From assembly GCA_964423455.1 (NCBI GenBank), contig CAYRFS010000002.1, positions 1-39,373 on the forward strand: a DNA stretch of 39,373 bases, given 5' to 3'. The stretch's first letter is position 1. Each line of letters begins with the position of its first letter. Of this stretch, positions 25,310-34,287 are shown one piece after another. The notes beneath the pieces are model-generated. The model worked only from the letters and a program-made list of their open reading frames with translations. It did no database searches and had not been told where the DNA came from. The position numbers and the translations under genes were made by a program. This stretch comes from an uncultured Acidimicrobiaceae bacterium. GTDB taxonomy: Bacteria; Actinomycetota; Acidimicrobiia; Acidimicrobiales; SZUA-35.

Positions 25310-26164
25310 ATGACCACCTTCGATCCGGTCCGCTACAAGACCGACACCCGCCAACAGTGGGAGGACGCCGCCGAGGCGTGGCACCGTTGGGGCCCCACGC
25401 TCGAGACCTGGCTGGGCGAAGCCACTGAGCGGATGCTCGACGCGGCCGGAGTATCGCCGGGATCCCGCGTCCTCGACATCGCGGCGGGCGCAGGAGGCCA
25501 GTCCCTGGCCGCGGCCCGACGGGTCACCGCCTCGGGCTCTGTCGTGGCCACCGACATCTCGCCCACCATCCTCACCTACGCCGCGAAGTCCGCCACCGAT
25601 GCCGGCCTGAGCAACGTGGTGACCCGCGAGCTCGACGGGGAAGCGCTCGACGGACTGCCCGCCGCCCAGTTCGACGCAGCGATCTGCCGTCTCGGCCTGA
25701 TCTACTTCCCCGACCGTCAGCGAGCCCTGACCGGCATCCGCAGCGCGCTCCGACCCGGAGGCCGATTCTCCGCGGTCGTCTACACGACAGCGGATCGCAA
25801 TGCCTTCTTCTCCTTGCCGGTCTCGACCATCCGCCGACTCGCGGAGCTGGCTCCTCCTGGTCCCGACCAGCCCGGGCCGTTCAGCCTCGGCGATCCCGCC
25901 GTCGTCGAACGAGCGCTCACCGGGGCCGGGTTCCACACCGTCACCATCGAAACGGTCGCCGCTCCGCTGCGGCTTCCGTCCGCCGCCGACTGTGTCCGGT
26001 TCGAACGCGAGTCGTTCGGCGCGTTGCACCAGATGCTCACCAACGTCCCCGCCGACCGGCGGCCCGCCGTATGGCAGGAGATCGAGACCCAGCTCGCCGA
26101 GTTCGACGGCGCCGACGGCTTCGTCGGCCCCTGCGAGCTCCACATCGCCAGCGCCACCCGATGA
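25310..26164 (+). CDS. Class I SAM-dependent methyltransferase
   Basis: The ATG at 25310 has GGAG upstream. Motif I is VLDIAAGAGGQS, followed by the post-I acidic residue in VVATDIS. Confidence 0.85.
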   Translation: MTTFDPVRYKTDTRQQWEDAAEAWHRWGPTLETWLGEATERMLDAAGVSPGSRVLDIAAGAGGQSLAAARRVTASGSVVATDISPTILTYAAKSATDAGLSNVVTRELDGEALDGLPAAQFDAAICRLGLIYFPDRQRALTGIRSALRPGGRFSAVVYTTADRNAFFSLPVSTIRRLAELAPPGPDQPGPFSLGDPAVVERALTGAGFHTVTIETVAAPLRLPSAADCVRFERESFGALHQMLTNVPADRRPAVWQEIETQLAEFDGADGFVGPCELHIASATR

Positions 26165-26342
26165 GGAGGACAGAGTCCGTGAACCGCCGACGCGCGGCGG
26201 ACCCTGACTGCCATGAATGAATCCCCATCCGGTCCGGTCCCCACCCACAGGTGGTGGACCCGTCAGGACTCACCCACTTACACAGACTTCACGACAGACC
26301 CGGCTCGTCCGATGCGGTCGAGGTGGTCGGCGGTCCAGGCCT

Positions 26343-26762
26343 TCATCGGTCCTGATTCTGGTGGTGCTCGGTGGGGCGGTCGGCGGTAGTGGCGGGGTCG
26401 GAGTTGGCGGTGGCCCAGCTGGCCAGGAACGCGAGTTGGTCGGTTGCGGTGGTGTCGGGTCTGGGGGTGTAGGCGATGATCACGAGTCCGTCGCCGGGGA
26501 GTTCGAGCGCCTGGCCGGAGAGTTCGATGTCGCCGACGATCGGGTTGTGGACGGTCTTGTCCGCGCTGCGATGTGCCCGCACGTCGTGGCGTGCCCAGCG
26601 AATGGAGAACTCCTCGCTGCGGGTGGTGAGCTCGCCGACGAGGTCGGACAGGGAACGACTGGCGGGGCTGCGCCCCACCTCGCGGCGTAGGTTGGCCACG
26701 ACATCGTCGGCCACGGCTCCCCAGTCGATGAAGAACCCGGCCGAGCGTTCGTCGAGGAACAC
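26343..26762 (-). pseudogene. MmyB-like regulator remnant: C-terminal ligand-binding half only, with no HTH domain
   Basis: RNLARYVFLDERSAGFFIDWGAVADDVVANLRREVGR...ELTTRSEEFSIRWARHDVRAHRSADKTVHNPIVGDIELSGQALELP matches the C-terminal half of MmyB-like domains. The frame is open upstream only to 26942, where it abuts the next gene, and it has no N-terminal XRE-type HTH. Confidence 0.55.
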
Positions 26763-26923
26763 ATAGCGGGCGAGATTTCGTCGGCCCGATCTACCTTGCC
26801 GCCGGACGGTGGCGATTCGATGCTCGGGCCACCGGAGCAGCAGGCTGCTTCGAAGTTGAAATTCCGTTCCCCCAGTCGTGAGGCGGATGCTGTCCTGCCG
26901 CCAGCCACCGTGATGGCTTGGCT

Positions 26924-27295
26924 CTATCCGGGGCCGCAGATGTTATCGAAGAGCGACTGCATTCGATCATATGATCGTTGCGCAGAGGTGCCGCTCGTGT
27001 CGAGCCCGCTAACGTCGGTCACCGGCCAGTATCGCAGACGGTAGTCGTTCGAATAGCCAGCCGGAATCAGGGGTGCAAGCTCTATGACCTTCTCAGCTAC
27101 TTGCTCCGTGGCTACCGGCGAGAGCTGCTCGCCGTTCGCTTCGGCGTAGATCTTGTCGATTCCGCGGGTGAGCTCGCAGAAACGTGGGCTGTCATCGAGG
27201 GCGACAGGGACCTCTCCGCTGCTGCTGCAACCAAGGCAGGCGAAGGCCATGAAGAAGAATAGGCGGCTGATCATCCCACTTCGATCGTAGTTCAA
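26924..27295 (-). CDS. Small hypothetical lipoprotein
   Basis: Signal with lipobox MISRLFFFMAFACLGCSSS. GC content is locally low. I recognised no family. Confidence 0.5.
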   Translation of the reverse strand: MNYDRSGMISRLFFFMAFACLGCSSSGEVPVALDDSPRFCELTRGIDKIYAEANGEQLSPVATEQVAEKVIELAPLIPAGYSNDYRLRYWPVTDVSGLDTSGTSAQRSYDRMQSLFDNICGPG

Positions 27296-27336
27296 CCTCC
27301 AGGATCACCGATTCTTTTTCGGGTGACCGGGCCGGC

Positions 27337-28065
27337 TCACGGCCGGTCGGTGAGATGGCGGCGGAGGAACACGACGATGCGTTCCCGGGCCAGCGCGGTT
27401 GCTGCTCGGTCGTAGCAGGTGCCGGAGAGCCGCCCGAGGACACGGAGTCCAACGGTGAGGTCTTCGGGATCGTGGTCGTTCATGAAGCCGTGACCGGCGC
27501 CGGGGTAGACCGTGATGTCGTGGTCGACACCGAGCCGGTCGAGCGAAGCGTCGAGGCGGCGGGCGGCGCGAGCGCCCAAGGGGGTCCGGTCGTCGGCGCC
27601 GTAGCTGCCGACGATGGGACAGGTCTCGGCGAGCGCGGTATCGGGGTCGCTGGGGCAGCCGCCGTAGTTCACCGATGCGACCGCGAACCCGTGACCCGGT
27701 GCGAGCGCCAGCGCGTAGCCGCCGCCCATGCAGAAGCCGATGACCCCCACCTCTCCGCTGCAGCCAGGGTCGGCGAGAAGCCATCGGCGGGCGCATTCGA
27801 TGTCGTCGAAGGTGCGTCCGGCCGCACGCCCGAGGTCGCGCATGATCGTCCACAGGCAACGGACACGGCCGCCCCACCAGTACAGATCGGGGGCGATGGC
27901 GAGGAACCCTTCGCTGGCCAGCCAGTCTGCTTGGCGGCGGAGGTCGACGCTCATACCGGTGTAGTCATGCACCACCACCATCGCCGGCCACGGGCCCGGA
28001 GTCGAGGGGCGGGCCATGTAGGCCTCCATCAATCCCCGCCCCCGGGGCAACGAGATCACCGTCAT
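27337..28065 (-). CDS. Dienelactone hydrolase family protein
   Basis: AMVVVHDYTGM, the nucleophile elbow GFCMGG (Cys nucleophile), and the C-terminal YPGAGHGF histidine. Confidence 0.85.
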   Translation of the reverse strand: MTVISLPRGRGLMEAYMARPSTPGPWPAMVVVHDYTGMSVDLRRQADWLASEGFLAIAPDLYWWGGRVRCLWTIMRDLGRAAGRTFDDIECARRWLLADPGCSGEVGVIGFCMGGGYALALAPGHGFAVASVNYGGCPSDPDTALAETCPIVGSYGADDRTPLGARAARRLDASLDRLGVDHDITVYPGAGHGFMNDHDPEDLTVGLRVLGRLSGTCYDRAATALARERIVVFLRRHLTDRP

Positions 28066-28341
28066 CGGACCTGGAGCTCCTCCTGTGGGTTCGGGTCGCG
28101 TGCACCGTGGCAGGAAGGGCGTTCACTCGTCGGCATCATCGACCAACCTAGTCTCCCGGCCGCTCCGCCGACGCTCGGGGCCGGGCCGCATCGGGCGGGC
28201 TGCCGAGCCGGCCGGCTGCCAGGCGCACCGCAAGTGCCGCGCCACGCGGGACACCTCGGATCTCAAGGACGTTCGACACTCCCGGCTACCGGCTCGAGAC
28301 CTTCATGATGGAGACGCAGAGCAACCGAGGAAGTGATCGCC

Positions 28342-29187
28342 ATGACAGCTGTTGCCTCGTCCCACAGGGGCCCGCCCCCCGCTGCAGCGCCCGCCACCAT
28401 CAAGCGGGGGCGCCTGCTCCGCTGGTACCTCGCCGGCGCCCTGGTGAGCTTCGCCATCCCCCTGATGGGCGCCGACGTTCTGGAGCTCCACCACGACCTG
28501 TACCTGCTCGTGTACTTCACGGTCGCCGGCACGTTCCTGACGTCGTTCGCGGCACACGCCGGCATCGACTGGAAGAGATGGCTCGCCCCGCGACGCTGGT
28601 GGAGCGTCGGCGCCGGTGTCCTCGTTGCCTTCGCCATCGTGAGCAAGGTGCTCCGCGAGGCGGCGATGCCCCATCCTGAGGGCAGCTTCTTCTGGTTCGA
28701 GTTGGCATGGCGTGGCCTCGTGTACGGCTTCGTCGACGCCTTGCTGCTGTTCGTGTTCCCCGCTGCGGTGGCCCACGCCCTCCTCGGCGATCGTGACCGC
28801 CGCCGCCGTGTTCGGTTCGCCGCCCTGTCCCTTGTGCTCTCGTTCGGCATCACCGCCGCCTATCACCTGGGCTACCCGCAGTTCCGGAGCACCGATCTCG
28901 TCCAGCCCGAGATCGGTGCGGTTGTGGCATGGGTGCCCACAGCACTGACCGGCAACCCGGTGGGGGCGATCGTCGTGCACGACGCCTACCACGTGGCTGC
29001 CAACGTGCACCGGTATCACAGCGAGATCTACCTGCCGCCCGATCTCGACGGCTACGCCGAGCGCGGCAGCGGCGCCGCCGGGATCGCCGCCGCCGGTGCG
29101 TGGGTCGTGCTCGGCGGAGGCGCCGTCTATCTCGCTCGGCGGCGCCTCTTCCCCGGCACCGACATCCCTGGGCCTGCTGTGGTGTGA
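28342..29187 (+). CDS. Polytopic membrane protein, possibly a CPBP (CAAX/Abi) family intramembrane protease
   Basis: The ATG at 28342 has GAGGAAG 8 nt upstream. It has multiple TM helices. The motifs are spaced like CPBP motifs 1-3: FELAWRGLVYG (cf. EExxxR), ITAAYHLGY (FxxxH) and HDAYHVAANV (HxxxN). Motif 1 has only one Glu. Confidence 0.5.
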   Translation: MTAVASSHRGPPPAAAPATIKRGRLLRWYLAGALVSFAIPLMGADVLELHHDLYLLVYFTVAGTFLTSFAAHAGIDWKRWLAPRRWWSVGAGVLVAFAIVSKVLREAAMPHPEGSFFWFELAWRGLVYGFVDALLLFVFPAAVAHALLGDRDRRRRVRFAALSLVLSFGITAAYHLGYPQFRSTDLVQPEIGAVVAWVPTALTGNPVGAIVVHDAYHVAANVHRYHSEIYLPPDLDGYAERGSGAAGIAAAGAWVVLGGGAVYLARRRLFPGTDIPGPAVV

Positions 29188-29305
29188 CGGACATCCGCCA
29201 TGGGGGGCTCGGCCCCGGGAAGGACGCCGTTCGGTAGGGAAGCCCGCCCCGGAAATCAACCGTACGGTGGATGTTCGGTGGCCGCATCGGCCTGATCCTG
29301 TGGCC

Positions 29306-30139
29306 ATGCCACGCATCGACGAGCTCGACGTACCCTTCATCGACACGCTCGGGTCGGCCTATCACGCCGACTTCCACCGCTTCCACGCCGAAGCGCTACA
29401 GCAATCGTGGGTCGCGTCGACCCCGCTCGGCCCGCTGGTTCTGAGCGACCGGCACGTGCGGGCGTTGCTCCGGGACCATCGGCTCGACACGGTCACGATG
29501 CAGTGGACCCTGGAGGCGCAGGGCGTGGGGGATGGGCCGTTCTGGCAGCGAACGACCCGGACCCTGCTCGCTCTCGACGGCGACGATCACCTGCGGCTGC
29601 GGCGGCTGGCCATGCCGTTCTTCACGCCCGAGGCAGTCGATCGCCTCCGGCCCTTCATGCGCCGCACGATGACCACGCTTCTCGACGCAGTGTTCGGTGA
29701 CCGCTGCGACGCGGTGGCGGCGTTGGCCCGCCCCTACGCCTCCGCCGTGCTCTGCGAGCTCGTGGGCGCGCCCGACCGCGACTCGGAGCAGATCGCCGCC
29801 TGGGCAGCCGACGTGCTGTCGGTGTTCGAGTTCCAGTTGGAGAAGGATCGCCGGCGGATCGAAGACGCCCAGGCCGGGATCGACGCCTACGTGCGGGCAC
29901 TCCTGCACCACCGGGGTAGCACCCCAGGCGATGACCTCGTGACCGCGCTCATCGCCCATAGCCAGCAGCACGGCACCTTGAGCGAGGACGAGGTGGCCAT
30001 GATCATCACCGACGTCCTGGTGGGCGGCATCGACACAACCCGGCATCAGCTCGCCCTGGCTCTCTAGGCGATCACGGAGCATCCGGTCGCATGGGAGTTG
30101 CTCAGCGCCGATCCGTCGAATCCCGGTGGGCGGGCATGA
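29306..30139 (+). pseudogene. Cytochrome P450 remnant (N-terminal two thirds, with an in-frame TAG and a 3' truncation)
   Basis: P450-like sequence extends up to the I-helix (DVLVGGIDTTRHQLALAL). TAG 30065-30067 follows, and the same frame continues as AITEHPVAWELLSADPS (typical of the post-I-helix region) before ending at 30139. The ExxR and Cys-heme loop regions are absent. Confidence 0.65.
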
Positions 30140-30147
30140 TTCGCTGA

Positions 30148-30967
30148 ATGAGGGAGGTACAGCTGCGAACGGTGACGGTCGTCGTCACCCGACGTCGAGA
30201 GCTCGACCGGCCTCTGGGCATCCGACCCCGTGGCCGCGGCGAAGGCCGTCCAGCGCATGCACGAATCGGTCGACCACTGGGTGTGGCGACACGACGGCAT
30301 CCGCCGCGTCGAGCAGGACGGTGGCGACTCGACGGTGTCGATCTTTCCAACCGCCGCCTCTGCGGTTCAGGCTGCGCTGGCGATCCAACTCGAGCTGACG
30401 ACATCACAGGCGCCCGACAACCCACCGATCGTGGCCCGGGTTGCCGTGCACGCCGGCACCGCCGAGGTGGGAACGGCGGGAAGCTGGGAGGATGCGACGG
30501 TCGTCCGCTGCCAGCGGCTGAATGAGCTGGGCCGGGGAGGCGATGTGCTCCTGTCTGCCTCGGCAGCGGCGCTGCTCCTCGACGAGGTTCCTGCGGGGGC
30601 CTCCGTCGTCGATCTCGGGGAGCACTGGCTTCGCGACCTCGCCCGGCACGAACGGGTCTGGCGGCTCATCTATCCCGGCTCGAGGTCTTCGGGCCCCCTG
30701 CGAACGACGTCCCGGGGCCAGCGCACCAACCTTCGGCCGATGCCGACACAACTCGTGGGCCGTGACCGGGAGCTGGCCGACCTGGCGGGGCTGTTGGGCA
30801 CCACGAGGGCTCTCACGCTCACCGGCCCGGGCAGGGTCGGTAAGACCCGGCTGGCGCACGCGCTGGCCAGCTCGTGCTTCGAACGCTCGGCCCGGCCGAC
30901 GTGGTGGGTTGATCTTGCCGCGCTGGCCGAGCCCGGCACCGTGGCGGCGGAGGTGGCGGCCAGCTGA
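30148..30967 (+). pseudogene. Remnant of a class III adenylate/guanylate cyclase + AAA ATPase (LuxR-type large regulator): frameshifted and C-terminally truncated
   Basis: Frame 1 gives VQLRTVTVVVT. A +1 shift then gives DVESSTGLWASDPVAAAKAVQRMHESV...GDSTVSIFPTAASAVQAALAIQ (cyclase domain). Next come LVGRDRELADL and the Walker A motif GPGRVGKT, with a stop about 45 aa later. The rest of the ATPase, the TPR and the LuxR HTH are missing. Confidence 0.6.
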
Positions 30968-31036
30968 CTGTCACGCCCCGCCGGCCGCGGCGAGCAGCGC
31001 CGCCGCTCCCACCGGGCCCAGCGCCCACGCGCCCGG

Positions 31037-31759
31037 CTAGGTTCGGCCCTGTGACCGCTTGACCCTACGTCGCAGGAGAGTGCCGGCGACGGCCACCACT
31101 ACCACGAGCACGGCGGCCAGGCCCAGGCCGCGGGATGAGCCCATCTGACTCTCGCCCGTGGCGACGAACGACGGCGCTGAGCTGTCGAGGAACTGCGACT
31201 TGGCCCGGTCGGCGGCGTCCTCGGGCGCGATGGCAGCGGGACGGCCACGATGCAAGCCTTCAGCGGGAAGCTCGGCGCTCGGTGGCCTTGGGGGGCCAAG
31301 AGCCTCGGCGAGGACATCTGTAGGCGGAGCATTCTCGATGGGGAATATCCCGCACATACCGGATACCAGGAAGCCATCTGGGTTCTTCCACGCAACCACG
31401 AACTGCTTACCGTCGGGGACGCCGATGGAGCAGTTGCCGCTGTAGGGCGGACCTCCCGGCGCGTGAACCACCAACGTTTGGCCTGCTTCGCCTACATAGA
31501 CCGTATCGACGGTGAACAGCAGGGCGACACCGGGTATGGGCGGGCGACTGGCCCCTTCCCTGGTCACGTCGCTCTCGCCGCTGTCGGCAACGGAGCCCAC
31601 AAAGACCACATCTGAGGTATCCGAACCCGTCCCGTGCTGTTCCAGGACCTCGCGGGGAGAGTCTGCGGCGCACGTGCAGGCGAGAGCCGGCCGAGCATCC
31701 ATCGTCACCACGCCAACAAGCACTATCAGTGCACCCACTGCTCGCTCCAGGCGGTCCAC
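31037..31759 (-). CDS. Secreted, C-terminally membrane-anchored protein with a TIMP/NTR-like Cys-Thr-Cys mature N-terminus
   Basis: The GTG at 31759 gives the signal VDRLERAVGALIVLVGVVTMDARPALA, followed by CTCAADSPREVLE...SDVVFVGSV. Two more cysteines follow (YSGNCSIGVPDGKQFVVAW...VSGMCGIFP). The C-terminus is FVATGE... plus TM helix LGLAAVLVVVVAVAGTLL plus RRRVKR. Confidence 0.55.
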   Translation of the reverse strand: MDRLERAVGALIVLVGVVTMDARPALACTCAADSPREVLEQHGTGSDTSDVVFVGSVADSGESDVTREGASRPPIPGVALLFTVDTVYVGEAGQTLVVHAPGGPPYSGNCSIGVPDGKQFVVAWKNPDGFLVSGMCGIFPIENAPPTDVLAEALGPPRPPSAELPAEGLHRGRPAAIAPEDAADRAKSQFLDSSAPSFVATGESQMGSSRGLGLAAVLVVVVAVAGTLLRRRVKRSQGRT

Positions 31760-31929
31760 ACGAAGAGGATGCCACGGAACCGGCAGGGCGGGGGCGCCCG
31801 AGACGGTCCTGCGCCGGGGACGGGCGACCGGGGAAACCGGCGACGCGCCGAACCAGCAGCTCAACAACGCCCGTGGCCCGCCGACGGGACCGGGTACCGC
31901 CGCCGACCCGAACGAAGGGGTGACCTCTG

Positions 31930-33138
31930 ATGACCGAGTGCTTCGTCGGACGCCAACCGATCCTGGACCGCCGCAACCAGGTATGGGCCTACGAGCTCCT
32001 CTACCGCCACAGCCTCGACAACGCCATCGGCGACGTCGACCGCACGGTGGCCACCTCCCGGGTGGTGATGAACGCCTTCGTCGACATCGGCCTGGAGAAG
32101 GTGGTGGGCCGGCACCGGGCCCTCGTCCACGTGTCGGACGACTTCCTCCTCTCGCCCGAGCTCACCGGCTTCTCCCCCGAGCGGATCATGCTCCAGATCT
32201 CCGACCCCATCCCGCCCGCCGACCTGGTCACCGCCGCCCTGCAGCGCCTGCGGGACGAGGGCCACTCGATCGCCCTCAACGGCTACCGCAGCCATCTGCC
32301 GCTGGCCACCCTCCTCCCCTGGGCCGACGTGGTGAAGCTCGACGCCCTCGACCTCGACCACGACACGATGGCGGCCGAGGTGGCCACCCTCCGCCGCCAC
32401 AACCGCCCGCTCACCCTGATCGCCAAGCGGGTGGAGACCACCGAGCAGCGCAACGAGCTGGCCGACCTCGGCATCGACTGCTTCCAGGGCCACTTCCTGG
32501 CCCACCCCGAGATCATCACCGGCTCCCGCCTCCCCACCAACAAGCTCGCCATCCTCCAGCTCGTCAGCCGCATGAGCGATCCCGACATGGAGACGGCCGA
32601 GCTGGAGCAGCTGATCACGATCGACCCGTCGCTCAGCCTGCGCGTCCTCCGCTTCGTCAACTCCCCCCTGAGCGGCCTGTCCCGCCGGGTCGACTCGATC
32701 CACCAGGCCGTGGTACTGGTGGGCCGCACGATCATCCGCAACTGGGTGATGCTGCTGGCCGTGGCCAGCCTGGAGGCCGCGATCCCCGAGCTGGTCAAGA
32801 ACGCGCTGGTCCGGGCCCGCCTGTGCGAGCAGCTGGCCCAGGAGGCCGGCGTCACGGGCAAGGAGACCTTCTTCACGGTGGGCCTGTTCTCCCTGATGGA
32901 CGCCATCCTGGCTCGGCCCATGGACGAGCTGCTGGAGAGCCTCCCGTTCACCGAGGACATCCGCAACGCCCTCCTGGCCCATGCCGGCGTGTGGGGCGAG
33001 GCCGTCGAATGCGCCGAGCAGCTGGAACAGGGCGCCCCCCACGGCGCCGGGTTCGCCACCATCAGCAGCCACCGGCTCTCCGACCTCTATCTCGAAGCCC
33101 TCAGCTGGGCCGAGGAGGCCACCGCCACCGTCCGCTGA
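31930..33138 (+). CDS. EAL + HDOD domain signalling protein (COG3434/YuxH-like)
   Basis: FVGRQPILDRRNQVWAYELLYR (ELL variant of EAL), then VVKLD, then CFQGHFLAHP. The HDOD region reads LEQLITIDPSLSLRVLRFVNSPLSGLSRRVDSIHQAVVLVG. Confidence 0.85.
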   Translation: MTECFVGRQPILDRRNQVWAYELLYRHSLDNAIGDVDRTVATSRVVMNAFVDIGLEKVVGRHRALVHVSDDFLLSPELTGFSPERIMLQISDPIPPADLVTAALQRLRDEGHSIALNGYRSHLPLATLLPWADVVKLDALDLDHDTMAAEVATLRRHNRPLTLIAKRVETTEQRNELADLGIDCFQGHFLAHPEIITGSRLPTNKLAILQLVSRMSDPDMETAELEQLITIDPSLSLRVLRFVNSPLSGLSRRVDSIHQAVVLVGRTIIRNWVMLLAVASLEAAIPELVKNALVRARLCEQLAQEAGVTGKETFFTVGLFSLMDAILARPMDELLESLPFTEDIRNALLAHAGVWGEAVECAEQLEQGAPHGAGFATISSHRLSDLYLEALSWAEEATATVR

Positions 33139-33168
33139 GGCAGACCGCACCGGGGCGGCCCGAACGGG

Positions 33169-34146
33169 TCAGCCGTGGCGGGCCCAGGCGTCGGGCCGGG
33201 TGCCGTCGAGGTCGGTGAAGCCGTACACCCGGGCCAGGTCGGCCGCCGTGGCCGACCCCTGGTTCCACCGGGTCCGGTTCGGATCGCAGGCCAGACAGGC
33301 CACGGCCCGGCCCACGAAGCGGGGCGTCTCCGAGGCCTCGAACCCGGGCGGGGCCGGCGGGTGGCCGGGCGCCCCCGTGAGGGCCTGGCGCCAATTGTCC
33401 TCGGTCACGCCGAAGGCGTCGAGCATCATCTCCGACCGAAGCCACCCCGGCGTCACCGACACCGCCGCCGCCCCGTGGGGCGCCAGCTCATGACCCAGCG
33501 AGAAAGCCAGCCGGTTCACCGCCGCCTTGGCCAGGTCGTAGAACACCGAGATGCGGTAGTTGCCGGCGTTGTGGGCCGCGGTGCCGTCGGTGACCTCCAC
33601 CAGCAGCCCGCCCGGCCGGCCGATGAGCAGGGGAAGCAGGTGGTGGGCCGTGATCAGGTGGGTATCGACGGCGAGGCGCAGGATCCGCAGGCCGTCGCCG
33701 AGATCGTGGTCCCAGATGGGGCGGTTCCAGGCCGACGGCGGGCCCGTCAGCGTCTCCGCTCCCCAGATGTCGTTGACGAGGAGATCGATGCGGCCATGGT
33801 CGGCGCGCAGACGGTCGGCCAGGGCCGCCACCTGGGCCGGATCGAGGTGGTCGACCTGCACCGGGATGCCGGTGCCGCCCAGGCGGGTCACCAGCTCGGC
33901 CGTCTCCTCGATCGTCTCGGTCCGGTTGGGATAGTCGGACCGGATCGACGGCGAGCCTGTCGAGCTAGACCGCCCGGTGCAGATCACGGTGGCGCCGGCC
34001 TCGCCCAGGGCGGCGGCGATGCCCCGCCCCGCACCCCGGGTGGCGCCGGCCACCACCGCCACCCGGCCCCGGAGGGCGTCGGGGTCGGGGAACCAGGGCC
34101 GGGCCATGGGGCCCGTCGACGGGGCGGAGGCTCGTTCGTCGCTCAT
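33169..34146 (-). CDS. SDR family oxidoreductase
   Basis: From the ATG at 34146: GRVAVVAGATRGAGRGIAAALGEAGATVICTGR (Rossmann fold), then NDIWG and YDLAKAAV (YxxxK). Confidence 0.85.
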   Translation of the reverse strand: MSDERASAPSTGPMARPWFPDPDALRGRVAVVAGATRGAGRGIAAALGEAGATVICTGRSSSTGSPSIRSDYPNRTETIEETAELVTRLGGTGIPVQVDHLDPAQVAALADRLRADHGRIDLLVNDIWGAETLTGPPSAWNRPIWDHDLGDGLRILRLAVDTHLITAHHLLPLLIGRPGGLLVEVTDGTAAHNAGNYRISVFYDLAKAAVNRLAFSLGHELAPHGAAAVSVTPGWLRSEMMLDAFGVTEDNWRQALTGAPGHPPAPPGFEASETPRFVGRAVACLACDPNRTRWNQGSATAADLARVYGFTDLDGTRPDAWARHG

Positions 34147-34287
34147 GGGCTGACCGCAGCGTACCCCCGACCGTCGAGCGGCAATCCGACTCCCGCCAGG
34201 GCCGATCGTCAGGTCGCAGCCCACGACGTCGAGCTGATCGGGTCTGACACCACCGACCCGGGCCGCGCCATCAGGTGCCGGTGTCCG

